A DNA stretch of 64,000 nucleotides, from contig NC_043018.1 in assembly GCF_006345805.1 (NCBI RefSeq), positions 29,078,001 through 29,142,000 of the forward strand. Direction: 5' to 3'. The notes under the pieces were generated by a model, which saw nothing but the letters and a program-made list of their open reading frames with translations, had not been told where the DNA came from and did not search any database. The DNA is from Octopus sinensis. Its lineage: Eukaryota. Positions 53,181-64,000 of the stretch are shown piece after piece. The stretch's first letter is position 1. Every line of letters starts with the position of its first letter. The translations under genes were made by a program, and so were the position numbers.

Positions 53181-53182
<2 letters not shown>
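52544..53182 (+). mobile_element. ORF-less HHR-bearing element with identical 36-bp terminal direct repeats (unit 603 bp), inserted in an AT microsatellite
   Basis: TGAGGCAAATCGTTGCTAAACCCTTAATTACTTAGT occurs at 52544-52579 and 53147-53182. An intact HHR lies inside. Confidence 0.7.
52906..52996 (+). ncRNA. Type-I hammerhead ribozyme, canonical intact core
   Basis: CCUACG-CUGAGGA-GGAA...UUCC-GAAA-CG[UA]CG-UC^CGUAGG. Stem I has 6 perfect bp, the stem II base has 4 bp, stem III is the palindrome ACGUACGU, and predicted cleavage is after C52990. Confidence 0.88.
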
Positions 53183-53233
<51 letters not shown>

Positions 53234-53396
53234 CATACATACATACATACATATATACATACATACTTACATACATGCATACATACATACAAATATATTT
53301 ATGCAGTCAATTCAAATAAAGGAATAATAAAATTAACAATAACAGACAAGAGAACGTGCACAAGAAATATTTGACGCTTAGGAAAAGGAGAGAGTG

Positions 53397-53429
53397 TTTG
53401 ACGTTTCGAGGTTAGCTCTTCATCAGAAA
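53397..53429 (-). ncRNA. Minimal type-I hammerhead motif in a short PLE-3'-end-like repeat
   Basis: Minus strand reads UUU-CUGAUGA-A-GAG[CUAAC]CUC-GAAA-[CG]-UC^AAA. The core is intact and stem III is reduced to the palindrome ACGU. Confidence 0.6.
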
Positions 53430-53924
53430 GTAGAAAGGGAAAGTACAAGGAAGGAAAAGAAATCGCCAACAGCTCGTCTCTAATTACATTGTTTTAGTCA
53501 TTGGACTGCAGCCATGCTGCGGCATCACCTCGCTGAGTTTAGAGAAAAAAAACTAGTTCCATTTTAATTCTGATATTTATTCTACACCTTTTTTGCCGTA
53601 CTGCAACGTTATGGTGATATAAAGAAAAGAACGTTGGTTGTCAACTGTTGGGGGAGGGACAAATGCAAACACAGATATATATATACATGCCTAAATGTAT
53701 ATATGTATATGTGTGTGTATATATATATAAATATTATATGTAGTATTAGACAGTTTAAGTATATATGCGTGGAATTTGGCTGAGATTGACGGGTGAGCGT
53801 TTCGCCCAATCAGATGCGCATGTAAACGTGTAAGCGTTGATATGTGGGTTCGATTCTGGCTTGGTTTAGCTCATCATTTTTCAATCAGTTTGTTTATACG
53901 TAAATGTAGCTTTAAAGGGTAATA

Positions 53925-53970
<46 letters not shown>

Positions 53971-54072
53971 GTTATTATTGAAATAATAGACATCCACAGT
54001 CGCTTTCTCTCCGTAACTAACAAAGATTTCAGGTTTGTTTATAAATATATGTAATATTAGACGGTTTAAGTA

Positions 54073-55363
54073 TTGGGTTGGCAACTAGGTTCCAGCCGTT
54101 TTTTTTTATTTAGGAATTCATTGCGCTTTTAAATTTTGGAATCTACTTTTATCAAGAATTCCATTTTTGAATCATTTTGGAATCTATTTTGTGTTTTTTT
54201 TCTAGTAAATTTTAGTTAATGTTTGTTTATTTTCAGATCATTAAAATGGAATATCAAGTTAAGAAAAACAAGCATTTTCGACACCTCCTTTTTGATTTTA
54301 ATCAAGGTTCTAAGGCAGAAAAAGCTGCTCGCGACATTTGTGCTGTATATGGAGAGGGTGCCATAACTGAGAGAACCGTTCTTGATTGGTATGTCAAGTT
54401 CAAAAATGGAAATTTTGACCTCAAAGACGCACCTCGTTCTGGTCGTCCATTTGAGTTCGATGAAGAAATATTAAACCAACTTTTGCACGAAAATTCTCGT
54501 CAAACGACAAGCGAAATGACAGAGAAAATGGAATGCTCCCATACTGCTATGGAGAAGCATCTTCACTCGACGGGAAAAGTTCAGAAGTATGGAGCATAAG
54601 TTCCGCATGCTTTAAGTGACAACAACAAAAATCAACAAGCAACAATCTTCTCTGATTTACTTGCTCATCACCGCTAAACTCATGGACACAAACAACAATT
54701 TCTTTAAGGAATCGTTGCTGGTGACGAAAAATGATGCCTGTACATCAATATGAAGCAGATTAGGGAATGGCGTAGCCCCGGTAAACAAGCGACACCGCCG
54801 CGCGTGAAACAAGATATTGATCCGCGTAAAAAGATGTTGTGCGTATGTTGGGACTGGGAAGGAATTATCCATTAGGAATTGCTTAAACAGAACCAAATGG
54901 TCAACGCAGAACTCTATGTTCAAAAGATGGAACGACTCAACACGGCTATTCAAGAGAAAAGTCCTAATCGTCAGCATGGAGTTCTACTGCACGACAACGC
55001 CCGCCATCATATCACCAATATGACCAAGGAAGCCATTCAAATGCATGGCTGGGAAGTGCTGTCAAACCCGCCGTACTCTCCTTATTTGGCACCAACGGAT
55101 TTCCACCTCTTTCGATCACTTTCAAATGCTATGCGCGAGTTTCGTTCAATAATGATGCAGAATCGAGAGCTTGGTTGGATCAATATTTTGAGTCGAAAGC
55201 GGTGATTTCCACCAACGAGGTATTGAAAATCTTGTTGAACGTTGGGAAGAAGTTGTAAACAACAAGGGTGAATACATCATTGATTAATTAGTTGTTATTT
55301 TTCATGAAACCTTTTAAAAAACTTTTATTTAAAAACACAGCGGTAACTTAGTTGCCAACCCAA
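54073..55363 (+). mobile_element. Full-length mariner (DD34D) transposon, transposase 54246-55287 disabled by stops and frameshifts
   Basis: TIRs are TTGGGTTGGCAACTA(G/A)GTT with TA TSDs. Motifs: MEYQVKKNKHFRH.., RSGRP, *VPHAL (WVPH), GDEK, LLHDNARHH and PYSPYLAPTDFHLF. Confidence 0.93.
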
Positions 55364-55581
55364 TATATATATATACGTAAAATTTGGCTGAAATTGCTGA
55401 GAGAATGTTTGACTCAATCGGATGCGCGTGTAGCCGTGTAAACGTTGATATGTGGGTTTGATTCTGGCTAGGGTTAACTCATCATTTTTCAGTCTATTTG
55501 TTTATATATAAATGTTGCTTTAAACCGCACAATGTATATATGATTATTATTATGGTATTTTATTTATATATATATATATAT

Positions 55582-55615
<34 letters not shown>

Positions 55616-56277
55616 GTGTGTGTGTGTGTGTGTGGTGTGTGTGTGTGTGTGTGTGTCTTAGAAAGAAAGAATGTAGAAGGAAGCATGTCATTTATAATTC
55701 AAACATTCGAAGGATTAGGAAACAAAACATAAAGTCTAAGAGGACTCTTTCTGGAATAGCTGTTCACATGGTGCATAGTTCATTAGGTAAAGAGATCCTT
55801 ATAATTCAATCTGTGAGGAAGAATTAAGGAATATCCTTAGTAACCAGTACCATCCTCAAATTATTAAATCAAGGACTATTCTTAGTTGGAGTTTTAGTGA
55901 TAAACCAATTCGAGCAATTATTCATCATACCTGTTTACATAACCCCATTAAACAGAATTATTTATAAGTGAGTGTATATATTGTGTGCGCGTGTATGTGT
56001 GTATACACATTGGGCCCCAACAGTGTTTCCGTCCTCCAAATCAGCTGACAATTCATTAGTCAGTACGGGGCTATAATAGAAGGCACACTTTCAAGGTGGC
56101 ACGTTGTTGATCTGACCCCAAAATCATTGCGAGTTTCCTATCTACACAAGCATACACAGTAACACACAGGCATCCACACACACACAAACACACATCTGTT
56201 TATTTGTCTACGTCTCTTTCTCTGTCTATTTATCTCTTATTTCTCTGTCTCAAGTTTATATACATATATATACATAC

Positions 56278-56335
<58 letters not shown>

Positions 56336-56394
56336 CATATATATGTATGTATATATATATATATATATAAAGTCTCAAGTTTTCTCCGTCACTT

Positions 56395-56400
56395 TCATTC

Positions 56401-56450
<50 letters not shown>

Positions 56451-56670
56451 GTGTGTGTGTGACCGCGTGTGTACCGTTGGCGATTTTTTTTCCTCTGTCT
56501 TCCCTTCTCTGGATCTTTCCTTCTCCTATGTTTCCGACGAATAGCTCCGCTCGAAACGTTAAACCCTCCGTCTTCCCTTCCTTCCTGAACGTCCAACAAT
56601 ACTATATTTGTTCCACGTCCTCGCGTTGTTGTGTTTTCTCTTTGTGTTTTCATGTTTGGATGAACTTTAT
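56395..56670 (+). mobile_element. Short PLE-derived repeat with a variant minimal HHR (56530-56564)
   Basis: GUUU-CCGACGA-A-UAGC[UCC]GCUC-GAAA-CG-UU^AAAC. The downstream part recurs inverted and truncated at ~50150-50240. Confidence 0.5.
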
Positions 56671-56723
56671 ATATATATACACACATATATGTATGTATAT
56701 ATATGTATGTATGTATATATATA

Positions 56724-56773
<50 letters not shown>

Positions 56774-57499
56774 GTATACACGCCCATATATGTATATATC
56801 AATATTCATATATACACGCGAACACACATACGTATATTAATAGATGTATACACATTTGTGAATACATATATATGAATATATGTGTGTGTGTGTGTGCGCG
56901 TGTGTAGGTTGAGCGTGCTTTTCTTCATCGTGATGCTACATATCTTTATACTCAAGGGGGGTCTGAAGTTCAACACCGTAAGCTCATTAGATTGCTTTCT
57001 TATTTCACATTTGATGAACATAGAAATATTCATACCGTATAATACGTATTTAATTTTATCTTGTCAGCTTATATTTTGATTAGTTTCTCTTAATACTCTA
57101 TAAACTGTGTTGTATGTTATTAAACGGCAGTACGAATAAACAATAGAAAGTACACGTAGTACATTATATAGAGTATATATTTGTATATTAACACTTTATA
57201 TTTTTCACAGTCAATAGTCAGTTTCCGTAAATACATAGGCATGTAACCGATGGTTAAGACAACAAGTTCTCTGGACGTTTAGGGTCGTGTACCTGAGGAT
57301 CGACCGTGGCTCAGTGACCTCCAAGCACATAGAGATATAAAATAAGAGCGGACACGACTATGTGGTTACGAAGCTGGCTTTGCATGCTTGCAGTTTTAGG
57401 TTCAGTCCCACTGCGCGATACGTTTTCTTCCGTAGCCTTTGGCCGAACATTACCTTGTGAATTAATTTAGCAGGCGACAACTGTGTGAAAGCAAGGCTT

Positions 57500-57715
57500 T
57501 TCCTCATGTTGAACCTTCACTCCCTACATTTTTTACTCTCACCATCGTTTTTTATTCTCTCTCCTTTTTTCTGCTCTACACACTTTCTGTCGTAGAGAGC
57601 GTAGGCTCGAAATGTAAAAGACTTTTCCACTCTTTTCGAGTGTTAAACTAATACAACTGCTTGTTGTTCTTACTCCTGTCTTCGTCTTTTGTTTTACTGC
57701 AAATTTGAACTATAA
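57500..57715 (+). mobile_element. Short PLE-derived repeat with a decayed HHR (57583-57620)
   Basis: Inverted homologue of 47310-47495: ctttctgtcgtagagagcgtaggctcgaaatgtaaaag. Confidence 0.45.
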
Positions 57716-57766
57716 ATATATATATATCCTGCGACCGCGAGTCCTCTACCCTAACCATTGCGCCTC

Positions 57767-57834
<68 letters not shown>

Positions 57835-57835
<1 letters not shown>

Positions 57836-58250
57836 TGTGGTAAGTAGCTTGCTTACCAACCACATAGTCCGGGGTTCAGCAGTCCCACTGCGTGGCAACT
57901 TCGGCAAGGGTATCCTACTATATCCTCGGGCCGACCAAAGCCTTGTGAGTGGATTTGGTAGACGGAAACTGAAAGAAGCACGTCGTATATATCTATATAT
58001 CTATGCGTGTGTGTGTGTGTGTGTGTGTTTGTTTGTGTTTGTCCCCACCAACATCGCTTGACAACCGATGCTGGTGTGTTTACGTCCCCGTAACTTAACG
58101 GTTCGGCAAAAGATCCGATGGAATAAGAGACAGATAGAATAAGTACTAGGCTTACAAGGAATAAGCCCTGGGGTCGATTTGCTCGACTAAAGGCGGTGCT
58201 CCAGCATGGCCACGGCCAAATGACTGAAACAAGTGAAAGAGTAAAAGAGT
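57835..58250 (+). mobile_element. SINE family A
   Basis: As 28879-29309, with the first head bases lost into (TA)n. Confidence 0.85.
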
Positions 58251-58330
58251 AATATATCTAAACACACATATACATATATATATATGGCGTGTGTGTGAGT
58301 GTGGCTGCAGATGTTAGATGAATGCTTCTA

Positions 58331-58375
<45 letters not shown>

Positions 58376-58380
58376 TATAT

Positions 58381-59933
58381 ATAATTTCAGTAAGAACAAT
58401 TAAGATTCATGTGAGTTCCAATGAATTCACATGAATGCGGTACTTAACTTAGATGCACAAGAAATCTATATGCGATTAACCATAAAATAATGTGGGGTGA
58501 TTATAAACAAGAAATAAGCAACAAGAATGGATTAGTTGTTCAGTACAATTGTTTCATACGAAGAACAGCTTTATTAAAAGCTGCAAATATTGCAGCAAAT
58601 ACAAGTGTCCCGTATTCATCAGCCAAAACACGTATGAGTTTTCCAAACATCCTAGGAAGTGAGGCTACACTCATGAAGTATCGAAGAGAGTTCTATGAAA
58701 AGCAAAGTTAGATTGTAAGCAGACTTCAAGTTCTCTAATGATGTACAGTTTTATAAAAGGTTTTTAAAAAAAGTTTGTTAGCTTCACAGAAAAGGTAAAT
58801 TCATCCGTAATAATACACCTGCATTATTACGGATGGATTTACCTTTTCTGTGAAGCTAACAAACGTTTTTTAAAAACCTTTTATAAAACTGTACATCATT
58901 AGAGAACTTTTGAAGTCTGCTTACAATCTAACTTTGCTTTTCATAGAACTCTCTTCGATACTTCATGAGTGTAGCCTCACCCCCTAGGATGTTTGGAAAA
59001 CTCATATGTGTTTTGGGTGATGAATACGGGACACTTGTATTTGCTGCAATATTTGCAGCTCTTAATAAAGATGTTCTTCGTATGAAACAATTGTAGTGAA
59101 CAACTAATCCATTCTTGTTGCTTTTTTCTAGTATATATATATATATATATTATATATATATATATATAATATATATATATATATATAATTTCAGTAAGAA
59201 CAATTAAGATTCATGTGAGTTCCAATGAATTCACATGAATGCGGTACTTAACTTAGATGCACAAGAAATCTATATGCGATTAACCATAAAATAATGTGGG
59301 GTGATTATAAACAAGAAATAAGCAACAAGAATGGATTAGTTGTTCAGTACAATTGTTTCATACGAAGAACAGCTTTATTAAAAGCTGCAAATATTGCAGC
59401 AAATACAAGTGTCCCGTATTCATCAGCCAAAACACGTATGAGTTTTCCAAACATCCTAGAAGTGAGGCTACACTCATGAAGTATCGAAGAGAGTTCTATG
59501 AAAAGCAAAGTTAGATTGTAAGCAGACTTCAAGTTCTCTAATGATGTACAGTTTTATAAAAGTTTTTAAAAAAAGTTTGTTAGCTTCACAGAAAAGGTAA
59601 ATTCATCCGTAATAATACACCTGCATTATTACGGATGGATTTACCTTTTCTGTGAAGCTAACAAACGTTTTTTAAAAACCTTTTATAAAACTGTACATCA
59701 TTAGAGAACTTTTGAAGTCTGCTTACAATCTAACTTTGCTTTTCATAGAACTCTCTTCGATACTTCATGAGTGTAGCCTCACCCCCTAGGATGTTTGGAA
59801 AACTCATATGTGTTTTGGGTGATGAATACGGGACACTTGTATTTGCTGCAATATTTGCAGCTCTTAATAAAGATGTTCTTCGTATGAAACAATTGTAGTG
59901 AACAACTAATCCATTCTTGTTGCTTTTTTCTAG

Positions 59934-59935
<2 letters not shown>
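58381..59935. repeat. Tandem duplication (period 804 bp) of a unit containing a ~300-bp-arm palindrome
   Basis: Palindromes at 58516-59123 (loop ACACCTGC 58815-58822) and 59320-59925 (loop 59617-59624). The two units are near-identical. Confidence 0.92.
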
Positions 59936-59991
<56 letters not shown>

Positions 59992-60172
59992 GTACGCATA
60001 TCTTATTATATATATTTAAATGTGTTTCTGCGTGTGAGTGTGTGTCTTTGCGTATACGTTTATATAAGCCAGTGGAAGGATTTAAGCGGATATCTTTTTC
60101 TACTACAAAGAACCGGAAGCCATTATCCATAACCGATTTTTATCGAGCAATGGTGCAAGATATAAGGAGTGG

Positions 60173-60245
<73 letters not shown>

Positions 60246-61399
60246 TTAATAATAACAACAACAACAACAATAATAATGATAATAATAACAACAACAATGA
60301 TAATAATAAGACATTCTTTCTAGTTGTGAGATATTCCTTCTAGTTTCCTCTTCACTATTATTTTATATCATTATCAACACATCCATTTTTCATTCCGCAA
60401 TCTATAACGGATCTGATGTATCTATTTATTCAAACTTCTATCTTTATTTTAGAATTTTTAAACTGTCTTTGTTCGTGTTATTTCATTTTCACCATAGAAT
60501 AGAATATACCAACAAAACTTTAAACATCAAAATAGGAAAAAAAATTCTATTGTCTAATCTATCAAACTTGAAAGAAGAAAAAATGTACATCAGACGCTGT
60601 CATGTCGGCCATTTTGACTTTTGTAATAATCGCGTGGAAGAGTTTCGTCCGTTGTATTAAAGACAATACTACATATGCAATGTGTAATATATAATGTGCA
60701 ATATTTACCTTCCGCTGCTTTAGTCTTACACTTACCATTGCCGCGAAACACTTGGTTGAATTCAATTTACTTCAAATATTCTGAAACCGATTTAATCTCT
60801 GACGTTGACACTCAGTGACTTCTACGATTCATTTAACTAAACTAGGGCATGGATGAAAGAAAGTTGACATCTTTCCAGCGGAGTTAACGAGCTGTTATTG
60901 ATGGAATTGAATATAGTTACAAACTGGCAGAGTTGATAAAATTTATTCGCATGACTGTATGGAATCAAAGAAATTGAATTGTAATAATTCCATTGCTGTT
61001 GCTGTTGCTCTTACTGTTATTACTGGGGTGGTGAAGTAGCAAGATGGACAGTGTGTTGTGATGAATATCTCGTTCAATTAAATCTACTGTAGTGATAGAA
61101 AATTGAAGAGGTATAGGGAAAGGTTATTGTACTTAATGCCTTTCTGTAATGACTTAAGTTGAGTAATAAAGTGATAGTGTGGCACGATGAATTGGGTGTG
61201 GAGCGATGAATGTTGCACTGTTTAAATACGTATCATTGCGTTCTGAGATCACATCTTGCATTGGTCGATATTGCCGCTTATCGACTCGTAAGTTGAAACG
61301 ATATTAGTATTCGTGTATTGGGATTTTTATAACTTAACAAACCCCCACATAAAATTGTAAACTCTTGGGCCTATGCTCAACAACAATATTAAATGTAGA

Positions 61400-62010
61400 G
61401 CGAAGGTGACGAGCTGGCAGAAACGTTAGCACGCCGGGCAAAATGCTTAGCGGTATTTCGTCTGCCGCTACGTTCTGAGTTCAAATTCCGCCGAGGTCGA
61501 CTTTGCCTTTCATCCTTTCGGGGTCGATTAAATAAGTACCAGTTACGCACTGGGGTTGATATAATCAACTTAATCCGCTTGTCTGCCCTTGTTTGTTGCC
61601 TCTGTGTTTAGCTCCTTGTGGGCAGTAAAGAAATAGGTATTTCGTCTGTATTTACGTTCTGAGTTCAAATTCCGAGGTCGACTTTACCTTTCATCCTTTC
61701 AGGGTCGATAAATTAAGTACTTGTTGCGCATTGGGTTTGATCCCATCGATTGACCCCCTCCCCCAAAATTTCGGGCCTAGCGTAGAAAAGAATAATTCTG
61801 TTTCAGTAAGGCGGCGATCTGAGAATCGGTAGCACGCCGGACGAAATGATTAGCAGTATTTCTTCGTTCTGAGTTCAAATTCAGTCGTGCCCAACTTTGT
61901 CACTCATCCGCTCAGGGTCAAATAAATGAACACCAGTCCGGTACCGGGGTCGATGTAATCTACTAGCTTTCTCTTCACAACACTTCAGGCTTTGTGTCTA
62001 TAGTAGAAAG
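61400..62010 (+). mobile_element. SINE family B, two-unit copy plus an adjacent decayed copy
   Basis: The head is at ~61403 and the body restarts after AAAGAAATAGGTATTTCGTC at ~61627. Confidence 0.8.
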
Positions 62011-63004
62011 GGTTATTGCATGAAAATGATTATATGAAGGAAAGTGAGCGTGCTGCATTAATCTGTGGCATAGGTAGGGTTCGAGTCCACTCGGAGAAGC
62101 CATTCACTCTGTTGCTACTTTCCTGGGTCCCCACAAAATATACGGCATATACTACAACATATACAATTATAGCATATACAACACAGGGATTTCCCCATAA
62201 CGCTTTGTTTGTCCTGTGTGCCTCATGTGGTACGCAGGACATAGCTTACTTGCTTACATACATCAGGTATGATACACATTCCCGGTTTGAGAGGAAATGT
62301 TTTACTTTATTCAGAACGTATAAACCAACGATTAACTAAAGATCTGAAAATAAGCATAGATTTTTAGCATAAACTTATTAAAACATTCTCGACCGGCAAA
62401 GAGTTGTACAGACACACAGACACGTAGACACACACACAAACAAATGGAGAGGGGGATACAGAGAGAGAAAGGGACAGACAGACAGAAACAGAAATATAAA
62501 TGAATTTATTATTAACTACGTTGTGAACCATTATAATATTACATATACATACTGAAATATCGTATGCTTCTAATTCACACCAAACACAAATTTAAAAGTA
62601 AGAATAAAACTAAACGTTTCCCTAAATGAAGGACTGTGCGTAGTATCTTGATATTAAAAGATTTGAAATTTAACACAGCTTAGAAAGGCTTGTATAGCAG
62701 GCCCGAAAGTACCATGCCACTTGCCACTCTAGCTGCGAACGAAGTACTACATAGACTTGTGGAGTAGTGGAATTTCGGGATGGACGGCGTTTTGGATTAA
62801 ATGATTTTTCGTCTTTTAAGTTCTTATTCCGCTGAGGTTGATTAACTCCACTTTACACCCTTCATGGTTTAGTAAATAAACAGCCTCTGCCTATACAGGA
62901 AATCGTTGGTAATTTAAGGACTAACTGGAGCATCACATTATTTATCTTACTACCAATCCTGCGAAGCTGGTTGACGGGGTTTCGCATTCTTGCAATGTAA
63001 GTAA

Positions 63005-63640
63005 AAATATCCTTCAAATATTCTTTTCTACTCTAGGCGTAGTGCTCAAAATTTTTTAGGAGGGAGCCAGTCGATTAGATCGACCCCAGTACGCAACTGC
63101 TACGTAATTTATCGACCCCGAAAGTATGAAAGGTTAAGTCGACTTCGGCGGAATTTGAACTCAGAACGTAAAGCGAGAGGAAATACCTCTAGGCATTTCA
63201 CCCGGCGTGCTAACGTTCCTTACTTCTTTATTGCCCACAAGGGGCTAAACATAGAGGGGACAAACAAGGACAGACAAACAGATTAAGGCGGTTACATCGA
63301 CCCCAGTGCGTAACTGGTACTTAATTTATCGACAACGAAATGATGAAAGGCACAGTCGACCACGGCGGAATTTGAACTCAGAACATAAAGACAGACAAAA
63401 TACCTATTTCTTTATTACCCACAAGGGGCTAAACACAGAGGAGACAAACAAGGACAGACAAACGGATTAAATCGATTATATCGACCCCAGTGCGTAACTG
63501 GTATTTATTTAATTGACCCCGAAAGGATGAAAGGCAAAGTCGACCTCGGCGGAATTTGAACTCAGAACGTAACGGCAAACGAAATACCACTTAGCATCTC
63601 GGTTGTCGTGCTGCTAACGTTTCTGCCAGCTCGCCGCCCT
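63005..63640 (-). mobile_element. SINE family B multi-unit cluster
   Basis: Units have period 184 (63228, 63412). The head is at ~63600-63640 and a second partial copy lies at 63050-63215. Confidence 0.8.
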
Positions 63641-64000
63641 AAATATCGCTCAAATATTCGGATAAATTTCAGTGAAATGCACATTTGCTGGGAATTTGCG
63701 TTTTAGTTATATAGAAAATTTGTTGTGAGTTATGGGAATAATAAGCGCAGTTGATTAAATGTCTTGCAGTTTTAAGCTGTCGCAAGTTATGCTTTGCTTC
63801 CAAATCCCACCAAGGCAACGTTAAGTTTATTCCTATTCGGATAACATATACTTCAACCCTGTTATTGTATAACTTGGCAACATAAACTATTTGCTATTTT
63901 TATAGGTTTGTTTCCTGTTATATGTTTGTATGCCACGAACTCTTTACATAGATATAAGCCATAGTTTTACGGCCGATATTTTCAATATTGTTTCTAGTTG

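Noticed and set aside
58490-59999. Repeated 60-90-aa ORFs (MWGDYKQ.., MKSAYNL..) in the tandem palindrome
   Set aside because: Their recurrence is explained by the DNA duplication, and no domain is recognisable.

Overview
This is AT-rich, microsatellite-saturated eukaryotic DNA with no prokaryotic features. The SINE families and the repeat landscape resemble those I recall from Octopus and other coleoid cephalopods (inference, not database-checked). No host gene can be assembled with confidence; there are only one or two isolated candidate exons. Almost all ORFs in the supplied track are translations of (TA)n, (CA)n, (TATG)n or trinucleotide repeats. The real coding remnants are all transposon pseudogenes: two Penelope-like elements (PLEs; RT and/or GIY-YIG), CR1-type and RTE LINE pieces, Tc1, mariner, DD37D/maT-like and DUF4817-type transposases, and a Helitron Pif1 helicase fragment. 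There are also about 20 SINE copies of two main families, several MITEs, a ~134-bp satellite and eight long inverted repeats. The most striking unannotated signal is a set of about 10 type-I hammerhead ribozyme (HHR) motifs. Three lie in mutually unrelated, ORF-less, slightly-longer-than-unit elements with terminal direct repeats (units of 445, 366 and 603 nt), two of them embedded in AT microsatellites. This is the architecture expected of retrozyme or PLE pseudo-LTR RNAs copied from circular or multimeric templates. The HHR at 52906-52996 has an intact canonical core. All structures were folded by eye and none was computed.
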